Assembly: GCA_018398765.1 (NCBI GenBank)
Contig: JAHBMJ010000112.1
Coordinates: 186,001 to 244,247, forward strand
Reading direction: 5' to 3'
From: Chromera velia
Lineage: Eukaryota
Length of the DNA stretch: 58,247 nucleotides
In this document: positions 13,303 to 25,882 of the stretch, in pieces
How the letters are laid out: each line of letters begins with the position of its first letter
Position numbering within the stretch: position 1 is the stretch's first letter
Program-made: the position numbers and the translations under genes
The notes under the pieces: generated by a model
Seen by the model: only the letters and a program-made list of their open reading frames with translations
What the model was told of the DNA's origin: nothing
Databases searched by the model: none

Positions 13303-14354
13303 GCCATCTTCTCTACTCGTCAATGTCCAACGCCCTCAGAATGCCTCTCCATCTGTCCGCATGAGCTTTTTCTTTCTTTTTTTCTTTCTTCCTCCCTTTC
13401 TTTCTTTCATCAGCCCACAATTCAATGAAGCACCCGACCCACCCACACACCTGCACTTTGTCCTCTGCACATGGCGCGGCGGCTGTGTTGAAGTTCACCC
13501 CGTCAGTCCCACTCACCACCTCTCCCCCTGCAGCTGCGGAATTCGAAGAGGCCGAGGGAGGGGGTGTGGGGCCGAGGGCGGACCCTGTGGGAGAGACGGC
13601 CACTGCAGAGGGTTGCAGGCCGAGTCTCTTCCCAAACAGGAGAAGCTGGTAAGTGAACCCGGTGTTCGGATTCGCTACAGCTCGCGTTTGACGAACCTGC
13701 AGCGATCTCAGGGAGGAGGGCAGACAGACACAAACGTAAACTGGATTGCTTAAGCGGGTGTGGGCACAGCACAGACATGTGACTTCAGTCAGATGCTTGA
13801 TTGCATTCTGGGGAACGGAATTGGTTGATGCAGCCATGCAGCCACTGGCCTTAAGAAGAAAATAATACTCACAAGCAGATCGAGGGGACGGCAACGCCCA
13901 ATGGAAAGGAAACAGGCAGGCAGGTGTGAATGGAGAACAGAAAGGAAGGAAAGGGGGAACGAGAAATACGACCAGACATGGACGGGGCCTTTCCTGTGTT
14001 CTTAAATGTGCCCGACCGACCGAATGCCGTCCTTCATCCCTCACGCAAACGCAGCAGAGCCGGAGGTGGGTCTTTTTGGAAAAGCGAACGTCTGATCGCA
14101 AGCATACACCAGATTTTCTTGCGTTCAACCACACACAATGTCGGATTCATTTCGTCCACAGTCACCTTGAGTGACTGACTGACTGACTGACCAGCTCGAA
14201 TGCCTTCTCGAAAGGAAGTCTCTTCTTCCACATCAGATAGGCGACCGCAAAACTCGCGGAACGGCTCACACCTGCAAGCACAGATGTTCCCACTGTGTTT
14301 CATCTTGAGCAAAAGAAAAAACAGAAAAAAAAATAGCCCAGTGTGGCCCAGAAA

Positions 14355-14428
<74 letters not shown>

Positions 14429-14861
14429 GCTGCCATCTGCCTTCCTGCCGCCAGTGTAGTCTCTCCTATTTCCGTCAACCCCCCCCCTGACCTTCCCTGC
14501 AGTGCACCAAGACTCTCCCCCCTCCCTCGAGGGCCTTGTCTATCCACTCTAGGGTCTGGTGGAAGAACACGGAGATGTCCTCTGTTTTGGTATCCTGAAT
14601 GCAGTTTCATATATGAAGGGGCAGGATAGAGAGAGCGTATTTTGTAGAATGGAAAGACGGAAAGAAGCAGGTGGCGTGCACGCATGCAAACAGTTGTTTC
14701 TGAATTTTCGTCTGCAGGCACATATTCAGAAGGAAGAGAGAAACAGAGATCCGAGACGAAGCGAAACAAATTCAATTGCCCTTTGTCCATCCTCTTTGCT
14801 GAGAAGTCGGTCTCTCTTCTTGGTGCCGCCGTGGACGATTTGCCCCCCCCCCTCCAGAAAA

Positions 14862-14892
<31 letters not shown>

Positions 14893-17800
14893 TTTTTCTT
14901 TCTTTTTCTTCTCTCCTTCCAACCTGACCCCACCCACTCACGGACCTTCAACCAGTAGGTGAGGTAGTTGAAGCGCTCAGGAAATGCGTTCTCGCAGATG
15001 TCGGCACAACAGTTGATGATGTGAGTGATGCCGTTCTCCTCCAAAATCTGCAGCAGCACGAAAGGGAGGGAGGGGGTTGAGAAGATCTCTCTACAAGGCT
15101 GAGGAAAGATGATGTGTCAGAAAAATGGGATTGTTAACGCGTTCTTCGAGAGATTCGCGACTCAAGAAACGAGAGGGGAGAGAGGGAGGGGGAGAAAGAA
15201 AGATGGAAAGAAAAAAGAAAGAAAGAAAGAAAGAAAGAAGAGGAAGAAAGAAAGAAGAGGTAGAAAAGAAAGGAAGGAAGGAAAGGAAGGAAGGAAGGAA
15301 CGAAGGAAGGAAGGAAGGGCAAGCGATGAGGAAGGCACTGACTCTGCGATCTGTCGCCACGAATTGTCCAGACACGAACAGTTTGTCCGGGAGTGCAGGA
15401 GAGCACACGGCCCTGTATCTCGCCAGCATTTCCCTTTTCTTCAGACTGTCTGGCAGAGAGAAGTCCTGCATGCAGAGGTTGTGTGAGGGCAGGAAAGACA
15501 AAATCAGTACATATCTATCGGACAGGGGTAGCGCGAATCAGGGCACACAGTCGACTCTTCTTCAATGTAGGCTCCATGAGAGGCACCGCAGAAAAAGAGA
15601 ATCTCAACTAACCCTTTGGTTTTTTCGAAAGAACTTTCGAGGTCTGAGGAAGGACGATGGGACTGTTTTGAGAAAGCGGCCAGCACACGAGCTCTTCCGA
15701 AATGATTGCGGGTATTTTACTTTGCGCCCTTGCACTTTTGCAGGAAGGAAGCGAAGGTCAAGAAAGGAAAGGGAAGGAAAGGAAATGGGAGGAGAGATGA
15801 CGCTCGGGAGAACTTCTGAGTGACAAAGAAAGCCGTTTATTCCGTTCTGTCCACCTCTGTCTTCTTTCAAAGACCAAAAAGACCCTCTTCTCTTCTCCGA
15901 AGCAAAAAGAACAGACAGACAGACCTGTGCCGATTCTCCGGTCCCCGACCCTCCCGTTTCTATTCGGAGAGACGGTTTCACTCTCTGGAGAGTTGAAGGT
16001 ATACAGCTAGACGGGAGGCCCATCTCGTTCTCCTCCTGCCGTCTCCTCTCTCGAAGTCTCTCGGCATCTTCACCAAACACATCGGGCTCACACGCGAGAG
16101 ATGGTACAGACACACGACGCGGGAGAGTGGCGGAGTCTTGGGACGGTTCGGAGGATCGGCCCCTTGCTAGATCTAATCCCAACCCTAGTGTGAGGGGACT
16201 AGGCTTACTAGCTGCACTATTTGGACCTGAGGATGAAGAAGAGAGGTCCAACTGTAAGCCTGGGGGAGGAGAAGAGGAATGAAGCCTTCCTTCGGTTTCC
16301 GATGACGTCCCCCCCTGGCTTCCTCTTTTCTGTCTCGAAACATTCGAAGCCTCATCAGGCCCAGGGCCTGCCTCCCCTCTCGCTAAGGACTCCAGGACAC
16401 TCGCGGCACCCTCCAGACGGAGAGACGGAATACCCCCAATTTTCGTTTTTTCTTTTTCGGGTGGTGCAGAAGATTCAACAGGGACTCCAGCGGATTCCTC
16501 AACTATTGGTGCAGACGAAGGCTCGACCTCGTTGGGTGAGGTTGAGTTTGTAGTTGGAGATTTGGACGAGAGGTTGAGGGACAGTTGTAGAGGGGGCACT
16601 TTCTTTGCTTCCCTCGGTTGCTGATGAGCAGGCGGTGCAGGCTCCCTCTGCCGTTCCCTTTCCCCCTTTTCCTTTTCTTGTTCCTGCGCCTCGGGACTCT
16701 GGGACGTCCCCATGGAGGCCGCAGGGAGGGCCGAGACGTCTAGTTTTGGTATCACCTTCTTGCCACCACCCTGAAGAAGAGGAGGGGGTTTACTCACAGC
16801 AGTGGCGGGCTCTTGTTTTGTTTGATTGCTCTGACTGATGGATGGAGGTGGGGGGGTGGGGTCTAGACGAGCCATGAGAGAGCCAACCTTCGAGAAGGAA
16901 GACAACATACCCCCACCAGCAGCAGGGCCCTCTGCTCCCTCTGTTGTTGGATTTCCCTTCTCCCCCCTTGCAGACGAACCTTTGGACGCTAGAGAATTGT
17001 CATGGTCGTCAGAGTCCCGTGGACATGATCCGATCACTGCCGCCGTCTCTGTGCCCAGAGCCGGAACTCTCAACACACTCGGACCCCCATCTGCAGACGC
17101 AACAGCCTCCTCCTCTGCAGGCTGCTGGGAGGAAGCAGAGGAAGAGGAGGGATTGGGCCGTGACTGCTGCGGCGGCGGAATGACGGCACGAGGAGGAGAC
17201 CCTGAGGACCCCCTCCGACCCCCCTCTGTACCCCCATCCACCGCTAGGGGAGGGGGGGAGGGGGCGGGGTTAGAAGGCACCCCCCCGATGCCCATGCCAA
17301 TTGAAGCTCCGGTGAGATAGGGAGATCCAATGGGGGGGGGGGAGTTCAGGGGATCCATTCTACCTAGTAATCGGGGTCCTATGCGCCCTGAACTACTCCG
17401 ACGTCTCCTCTCTCTCTCGATTTCACACTCCCTCCCTGCTCCTCCATCTTTCCCCAACCAACTCGGATGAGGAGACCCCCCCTGACCCTCCAAATACATT
17501 TCCATTCCAGGCGCCGATTGGGCGGCACATGAGATCGGAGATCCCCCCAGAAGACCGGGAGCCATACCTCCCCCCCCTGGGGCTGAGTGGGGAGACAAAA
17601 GAGGGTCGTGTTGAGAAGAGGAGGCAGGCGCTGCCGCTCTCAGAGGAGAGCTAAGCGCTTCCTTCTCGAGTGCTTCCCTCTCTCCCGACTCCAAAAGGGG
17701 AAAGGGAACAGGGGCGTGCCCAAACTCCCCAGAGGCTGCAGGCCAGACAGAGAAAGAGAGGAGAATATCGGAAATCAACATACGGGAAACTCCGAGAAAG

Positions 17801-18422
17801 AGAAGAAACGCGCGGCAGAAAAAGCAAGAGGAGGCGGCTCTGGCGCCGCCGGAGCCGGAACGAGAGAGAGATTCTTTGAACAGTAGAAAGAAAGAGCCAC
17901 TTGAGAGGCCAAACAAAAAAAAAATGCAGATGTGTGTGTGAATCCACACAGATTGAGAGGCCAAAAAAATTATGCAGATGTGTGTGTGAATCCACACAGA
18001 TGCAGGCAGAATTAATGGTTTCAGGCAGGAGAAATTGAAGTACAAGAAAAGAAAAGAAACATCAGAATTGCAGATAGATGAACAATTCAGTTTCGACGAA
18101 AACAAGGGAGGCAGTCAATTGAAATGAACCTCCGGTCAGATTGGTAGCAGAGCCTGATGACGGCATTGACCGACAGACCGGAAACGAGGCGCGAGAGAAG
18201 GACGGATGGTTGAGCTCGGAGGGCTGTGTCCAGGTCAAAGCATCGCACCATTGCGCGGGCCTGCACAATCGAAGCGAAAGGAAAGACACGAAATTCTACC
18301 CGGAAGGAAGCAGAAGACGGACCAAACTAGCTTCATGGGTCTGACTGGCACGCTGACGGAGACGAAAGAAGGAATAAACGAGGAAACTCCTTCTTTCATT
18401 CATTCCATGGAGAGAGACAGAC

Positions 18423-18455
<33 letters not shown>

Positions 18456-20212
18456 AGACAGAAAAAAAGGATTGGCACAGCAAGAAGATTTCTTCTCTTC
18501 AGCATCGAATGTCTCAATACAATTCCCCGAGCTTAACGGGCAGACCACAGCATACGCAGAGGACCGCGTGCACAGGTGTAGCAAGCAGGAGGGTGCATGC
18601 CCGACTTTTTTCGCAAGTAGGTGTGTATCTGTCTCGCTCCTTCTTCTTCTTTTCATTCGTAAGGTAGGCAGCACCGAGAGAGAAAAAGGCACAAGCATGC
18701 AGACTGAAGCAGACGCACCGCGGGAAAAAGCAATCGCAGAGAGGCTACACTCACACACCCCTCCATACACCCACCCACCTTAACATTAATGCACGCTCCC
18801 TTTCCATGCAGGCTATACACAGCGTAGCACGCAACGGCAGCAGGGCAGGAAGCGTGCGCGTTGGCGTTCACGCCCTGCCCTCCCGGGACGACATCAAAAT
18901 CCGAGGGGAAGAAATGCGTCGAAAGGGTCAGGGCCGACTCGCGGCTGGGGGTGTAGCTGACAGTCTGCATGCGACCACAGGTCAGAAAGATACAAGGACA
19001 CAAGTCAACACAGACAGAGAAAGAGACGGAGGGGGCGGGCGGGGAGAGGAAGGGAGAGAAGAGAAGTTTCTTGGCTGGGTTGCAGCTCGATTTCAACTAA
19101 GCAGATGCGGTGGGAACTACTAAAGAAAGCACCGATGAGTGGACGGGGAATCAATCTCCTCTGATTCCTGCAGGATAGGTCTGGAGCGTAGATTTGACTG
19201 AACACTCACACCGGCCTTTATGCCATTGCCAAAATGCGTGTGGAACTGGTGCTCTTTCACACTCAGACAGACAGAGTCGGTGTAACCAAACAATGCCTTT
19301 CTATCTGTGCATTGGGTCCATCTGCTGACATCTGTCTGGAGGCCGCGGGGAGTGAAGATTTTGGAACAGGCCAGGGTCAGGGCAGAGTTGCGCAGGGGGC
19401 CGCAGAACATCAGCTCTCCGATCCCTGCAAACACGAGAACAGGTAGTCACACCATACGTGCAAGCGCTCGCACGCAGAACATTGTCCACAACTGCAGCTA
19501 GGCTGGCAGACAGGCAGACAGACAGATGGCCTTGCAGAGTGCTGCGATGGAAGGAACAAAGAGAAGGAAAGGAAGGCCACGAGACGGCAGTGAAACAGCG
19601 GAGATGGAAGGGAGGGAGGAAGCCTAGGAGAGAACCTGGCTCTGTTTCTCTTTCCAGTCATTCCAGCAGCGTAAATTATTCGCGCAGACGACTTCCTTCG
19701 TTTTTCTCTTGGCCTTCTGTAGGCAAGGAGACTGGGTGATTTGGTTTGTCTCTGGAGACAACTTGAACAACTAGCGGCCGTTTATGCGTTCAAGAAAATG
19801 CACAGAAGGTGCACCAAGGAGAAGAGTGCACATGCCCGATACCAACTGACTCGGGGTTCGAGGATCGTTGAAGACGTGCAGCACAACGTAGGAGTTCATC
19901 GGAGAGAAGATCTCCTCTGCAGACCGACGAGTGTCCGACATGTCAACAGGGACCTCCACAACGTCAGGCTTCCCCTTCTGGTATTCCCACACCTGCATCA
20001 AGCGGAGTCAAAGCAGATTGTGTGTGTCTTGCAAAGTAGGCGGAATTAGAGAAAGAGGGATTGAAGAAACGAACCCGGATGTGATGTGTTGTTACAGGGG
20101 TGGCGCTTTCGAGATTTCGGTCTTGTTCTGCTTGTTGTAAAATTTTTGGGTTGGCCTTCACCACCCTGTCCAGTGCCAGGGGCACCTTATCAACAGACAC
20201 CTGGCCACCCAT
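9472..20212 (-). CDS. Dual-specificity protein phosphatase (MAP-kinase-phosphatase-like) with gelsolin-like repeats; multi-exon, span includes introns
   Basis: Phase-consistent GT-AG exons 15047-14946 (ILEENGITHIINCC..YLTYWLK), 14594-14492 (DTKTEDISVFF..RVLVHCRE-G), 14271-14192 (GVSRSASFAVAYLMWKK) and 13696-13451 (VRQTRAVANPNTGFTYQL) give the DSP motif HCREGVSRS and the AYLM / PNxGF motifs. Gelsolin-like segments: CILWRGRDC..EGEEDDAFF (~12297-12115), MFDSDDLDS (~10600), LWVWCGE (~10150), EGEEPSEFWDLFLNG* (stop 9472-9474), and N-terminal VWEYQKG..SYVVLHVF (~19990-19870). Large low-complexity exon ~15923-17740. Candidate start MGGQVS at 20212. Several 5' exon boundaries are approximate. Confidence 0.85.
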
Positions 20213-20994
20213 GTCCCCTCTCACCCTGCTTGTAGAGGAAACACAAGAAGAATCTACTTGCTCAATCTTGAAAGAGAAAGAGAACGAAGCATCAAAAGGA
20301 GAAGGGAATGATCCCAGCTTCAGGGCAACAGCGTGCACAACTAACGTATTGACCTTGAAACAATACAAACAACAGACTCTGTACAGAGTGATGAAGGCTT
20401 TCTAAGTTGCTCTTTCCTGCCTACGGATGTGTCATGATGTGTCCAACTGACAGTGACAATGACCCCTTTTCACAATGCATTCTCAAGAAACAATCGTTGC
20501 TCACGCGATCTCGAGGATTCACGCGCGCGTGTATATCGGGCTTCGTATGCATGGCTTCGTTGGCCACGCGCATGCATATCCCGCGCGCGCGCGCTCGCGG
20601 CCCATCGGCGGGCGGGCCCAAAGGGTTCTCTCTTGGTGAGTAGACGGCCGGGATCGGCCGGGTAATGTCAGATGAACGTATAACGTCGCCGATCGTCGCC
20701 GTTCTGCCTGAAAGTCACACACCTACTGTGATCCTACTGTGACTTACACACAGTTCCATGTATGCACGAGTAGATCACAGAACACGGGAGGCTGATAGAA
20801 TTTGTGGACGTCCTGCTGTGGCACCAGTCGCCTATGAGGTCACTGTCCGTCTCCACAATTCGAAAGTCTCTCTCAGAAGTCCTGCATAACATAGTCGATC
20901 CGGCTCGAACCTTACCGCGTGACGTTCCTCCTCGGGCAGCTTGAGACAAAAAGGGAGGGCAATTGGAAGAAGGAGAAGAAGGCAAGGAAGGACG
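20213..20994. promoter_or_regulatory. Probable bidirectional promoter / 5' UTR region between divergent genes
   Basis: About 780 bp between the two inferred start codons, with a CpG-dense core at ~20500-20705 (CACGCGCGCGTG, (CG)n, GCATGCA, two GGCCCA motifs). Confidence 0.55.
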
Positions 20995-23900
20995 ATGGAA
21001 GGCGAGGTCGAAGAGCTGCCCCGTCTCTGCGACCTCTTCGACCAGTGGCAGATCTCCAAGTTACTGGAGGACAAGGGATTGCGCATATCTCCAAAATGGC
21101 GGTACAAGATGGTGCCCTCCTCTGTAACAGACCCCGCTGAGATGCTGCAGTACTGCCGCAAGAGGACCCCATTTAGGGTGCACAGCGGCCACACCCACTG
21201 GGCGAAGTGGGCGTTCGACCAGGTCGGTGTGCGTGCATGTTTTTTTTGTTTTGCTCTTCGCGGTGGTTGGGTGCAATGATCTCGGTGCGACAGGGAGCAA
21301 ACGAAGCAATCTGCATGGAAACAATCAATCCCTATAAAGTTGCTTGTTCGTCTTTCTGTGTACAGTCGGTGAAAAGGCGGAAGATGATGAGGGTCCGTTG
21401 TTTCTTGTCAGGGTGAGAGGGACAGGGGGGTCCAGTGATCCATGCAGATCCTTTTTTTTTGGTTCCAGTCTGCTGTCTCTCTGCAGGTCGGAGAGGCTTG
21501 AGGTCTTCTCCTTTTTCCAGAGACATTTTGTTGTGGTTGAGTGTATGCGTGAGCATGTGTATCACGATGAATTTATGTACATCAAATGTCTTCCTTCTCA
21601 GGTCAATGGGGATGCGGTTGATTTCCTCTGCGAGGGAGAATGGAACCCCTTTAGTCGACCTAAGCTCGGAATGGTCGGGGGGTGGGGACGGCCTGGTAAG
21701 TCGTCCTTTCTTTCAGTAACTCCTTCCTTCGGTTGGTCGGTTGGGTCCTCCTCTGCGTGCATGGCGGGTAGCAGGTGATTCGGTGACCTTCTCTTTTCGT
21801 CGCGGGGTAATCAGAATGGATGGAGAGTTGGCTTCTCAAGATTTTTTGTGTTTTCAGCTGTCTGGGTGTCTTCCTGTAAATGTCTTTGGATGATTCGATA
21901 GGAATACAAGCACGTTCTCTTCACGTGCGTTCGTTTTGTCGTCGTTTTGACTGATTTTTCTTTTTCCGTTTCCGCTTCATTTCTCCATATTTTCATTGAC
22001 TATCTCCCATCAGTCTGCATCCTGTAGGCTTTGCATTCTCGCAAGTGGGTGGGCGATCAGTCAACGAGTTTTCCTTCCCCTGTTCTTCGTGCGGGCCCTC
22101 CGCGGCCAACAGATGAAAGAAATATTAATTTTTCAAACCTCTTTCTCTTGGCTGCCCTATGTTCGCTGAAATGATCTCTGTTTGCTGACCGTTTCAGGTA
22201 CCCCCGTGGCTGACGGCAGGTCTCTGACTCTTGTGAACGCTTTCGAGGAAATCTTCAAATCCCCTGCGAGCAGACCTCTGAACCTCCAAATGTTCCACAG
22301 AGACTCTCAAGCGTCGTCTGGAGATGCTGCTGCACACACAGAAACAGAAGCGGGTTCTGCACAAGAGAAGAAGGGGGGAGTGGGAGGAGATGTGGAGACA
22401 AGGAAGACAGAGGGAGACAAGAGGAAAGAAGTGGACATTCCTGTCCTTCCCTCTCTTCTTCGATGGCCTCTCCCGGAGGTTTGTGGAGTGGGGGGGGTAA
22501 ACTTTCTTCTGCTAGATCGATCGATCACTTCCTGGATTGCTCCATCGTCTTGTCTTCTCTCGTGCTCGCTTTTGTTTTTCAGTTTCCGCTCTCTCCCTCC
22601 CGCTCTCGTTCCTTTCTCTTTTTTCCCCCAACTTTTCCCCCTTTGTCTTCTCACCTCACTACCGACTCATTTCTGTCTTCTCCTGTCGCTTCGGGTATCG
22701 TCGGACGACCACGACTCGCCTGTCTTCCTTCCTTCTTTCCCACGCGGATATTCTATTTACTCTCTGCTTTTTTTCGCTTCCCCTAGCTAGCTCCCTGCCT
22801 CCGCGTACCTATGAGGCGTTTGGTCAAAAGGAATAAGACTCCCTTCCGGGACGATCTGCTTGCTTGCCATTCAGGTGTTTGCATCGACTGAAGAGGAATT
22901 CTGCGGCCCCTGTTCGGATGGAAGAACAACAGACAGAAGCATCTCGGAATCATTCGGCAGCCCAGGGAGAGACAGGGACGGGCAGGAGAACACTTCTTCC
23001 TCTTCCTCTGGTCGATCCTTTTCCTCCTCATCGGCTGACCGGGAGAAGAAGCAGGCAAAGACTCTGCCGCCCCTCTTCCCCGGAGTCCTTGCAGACCTCG
23101 CTACCCGTGCAAGTCGGAGAGGGGCAGTGACTTGGTGGCATCTCGACGATGCCGGAGAGTTCGTTTTTCAGGTCTGTGCATGCATTTGCTTTCATACAGA
23201 ATTCTTTTCCATACAGAAAGCAAATAAATGAGGTCCAGTGACCTGGTGCATCTCGACGATGCCGGAGAGTTCGTTTTTCAGGTTGGCCCCCCTCTATTCT
23301 ATTCTTTGGTGTACAATGCACTTCTGCATGTCTGTGTGAGAGAAAAAACAGATGTCTGTTTCTGTGAGCCTCGTGTAGGAATCAAAGAAGGAAGAACAAA
23401 AAGGGCCTCCCTTCCATGTCGAGATAATTTAAGTATCAAGCAACAGGAGAGGAAGAGGTTATCTTGTGAGGAGGATCAAAAATGAAGAGAAGGTTCCGTG
23501 GGAGAGAAACTGCAGAGGTGCGATGGTGCATGTCGGTACTGTGTTAGCGAATGCGAGCAAGACAACCTTAGCAGGAAGGGAGAAGTAATGGTTGACGAAA
23601 CATTGCTCTTCTCTTTCTTTTCCAACCGAACCTCTGCATGCGACCCCTTCTATCTATCTGTCTGCAGGTTGGCTTGCCATTGAGGGAGGAGGGCCAGAAG
23701 GGCGAGTCCCAGAATGTGTGCGCCTCCGCAGCTGCGGAGACGGAAGCGCAAGAACAGGGCAGCACAACAACAACAGAGGGTGGTGGGATCTCGGGGGGTG
23801 AGCAGAAAGAAAAACAGAGAGAGCAGCCTGGAAGGAGAGCAAGACGGGAACGTTTCCGGGGACCCAGGGGCTCTTCGGGACTTCCCATCGTAAAGTTGTT

Positions 23901-25882
23901 CATCTACTTCCCTCGTGAGTGCTATGATTTGATCTTTCAGGTAAGTAACTCGGCCTGCTTGATCAACCCACAGGAGGAAATATGCAAGGGGTATGTGTGG
24001 ATTTTAGGGAGAAACAAAGAGGGGGGGAGAAAGACTGACTGGCTGACTCACTGAACGAATGAACGGTGGACATCTGGCACTGAATGAGACAAAACACACT
24101 TTCAGAATGTACATTGACTGTCACTTTCTCCAGAAAATTCCGCCTGCCCAAGTCACTCTAGAGGTAGAGGGAGGGGAACAAAACTTCGAGATTGATGAAG
24201 AAAGACGAGCTCCATCTACGTCTGTTCTTCTATTCCTCTTCAAAGCCTTAGCTAGGTGGTTTGTTTGAATAATTCTGCATGGTTCTGCCTGCAGGATACA
24301 GAGACAAACGACACGGGGATCTTCTGTGGGTTGGACCCTTTCATCGTCAGGAGCGCTCGTTCATCTTCTTCTTCTTCTTCCTCCAAGGGGAAGGGAGCAG
24401 AAGGGGGAGGCGGCAAGCAGGACGCTTCTGACGGTCTGCCTCCGTCTGAATTTTTGCCCTGTGCGTGGGTGGCTCCCTTGGAGGCAGGGGGGGAGTGTCT
24501 TCTGTCTCCTCCCAACATCCCCCATCTGGTGTCAGTCATTCTCTCTCCTGTTCTCTCGGTCTCGACTGACGACAATATCGGACGACGGGGGGTGTAGAGG
24601 CTGCTTCTTTATCTTGCTTCTAGTTTTCCACAGTCTCGATTTTTTGTCAGGATGTGTGCAACCGGAGCGCGGCAATTCAAGCAAGCAAGCAAGCAGGCAG
24701 GAGCTCTGCATGGACGCGTAGTCATTTTATTTGAACGCCGTGAACTCGACGGGGACATTAGGCTGCAGCTTTTCATTTGTTTTTGGCTGTCGTCGGAGGG
24801 CAGGGAAGAAAAAGGACGCCCCCCCATGGTCCTTCCTTTTTGTTGGTCATTTGTTTGGTTCTCTTGCTGCTGTCTCTCAAAATCCTTCTGCCTGTTCTCG
24901 TGTCTTCAGCTTGATCGGTGCTTCTGCTTAATATCCTCTCTCTTTCTTATCTCCTCCTCCTTGCAGTCTGACCCTCTCTGATTGCGTGATGATCGAACAG
25001 AGACGGCTCTCCTGCCTCTTCCTCGAAGTCAGTCAGTCAGTCAGTCTACTTGCAAGCTGATCGGGTTCAGACCATGTGTCCGTTTTTTCTTTTTCACTTG
25101 AATTAAAGAATATGTAGAATGGAGTTCTCCCTCGTGTACTGAGCGAATGAATAGGATACATCGCAGCTTCTTGACAGTTTTCCTTTTTGATATGTTTCAG
25201 TCATACTTTCTCCTCCTTCCTTGCCCCCTGCATGCCTCTCTGGCGTGCATTCACTTTCTTGCTTTTCTCCCCACCCAGCATTTCAGATGAAAATTTCATA
25301 CGTGCATGCCCTTTGCTGCAGGAAATCTTTTGGTTCGAGAACAAGTGCAAGTCCTGGGCAGAGCCCCCTATTCTGTACGACTTCGTGCAGACGGACCTGA
25401 AGAGAAAAGAGAAAACGGAACAGATCGCACACTCCCTCAGAGGAACGCTCGAGTCGATCCGAAACACCATCAGCAGTCTGGAAATTAAGAAAGAGGGGGG
25501 GAAAGAAGAATTGTCAGAGGACCCAAACCGTAAGGAGAAAGAGAGTCGTATGACCTTTCTAAGAGAACTACACGAGTGTGCCCGCATCTCTCTGACTGCT
25601 CTCGTGTCTCCCAAACGGTTTCCTCTTTTGCCCCAAGTCTCCTCGCTCCTCGCTCCAGTTACCCGGGCCAAAACCATGCAAGCACTCGTGCACGCAAAGA
25701 ACGCGGCTTCTGTTTGGAATCAAAGCCACACCACCCCTACAGGGTCCACCTTCTCAGACACCGTCACTCCGGGCGATTCCCCGCGCACGCCTGTCTCCGT
25801 CTCGCTGGTTTCTCCCAAAATCCATGAATTCACACGAACGGTGGGTCTCGCACTGACAGACACACATTCATGGAGGTTGTAG
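20995..25882 (+). CDS. JmjC-domain (cupin-fold) Fe(II)/2-oxoglutarate oxygenase-like protein; multi-exon, span includes introns
   Basis: Exon 1 MEGEVEELPR..PFRVHSGHTHWAKWAFDQ. Later exons give WPLPE|VFAST, GAVTWWHLDDAGEFVFQ|VGLP (HxD at 23139-23147), KLFIYFPRECY, and LEAGGECLLSPPNIPHL (distal His 24523-24525, matching the L-x-P-G-D/E-x-L-x-x-P-x-x-W-x-H pattern). Last exon ~25322-25882. AG/GT boundaries at 22876, 23171, 23668, 23940 and 24294. Confidence 0.7.

Noticed and set aside
15604..18105. 833-aa ORF as a stand-alone single-exon gene
   Set aside because: Its ends are intron-like pyrimidine-rich sequence. The central ~15923-17740 part is better read as an internal exon of the phosphatase.
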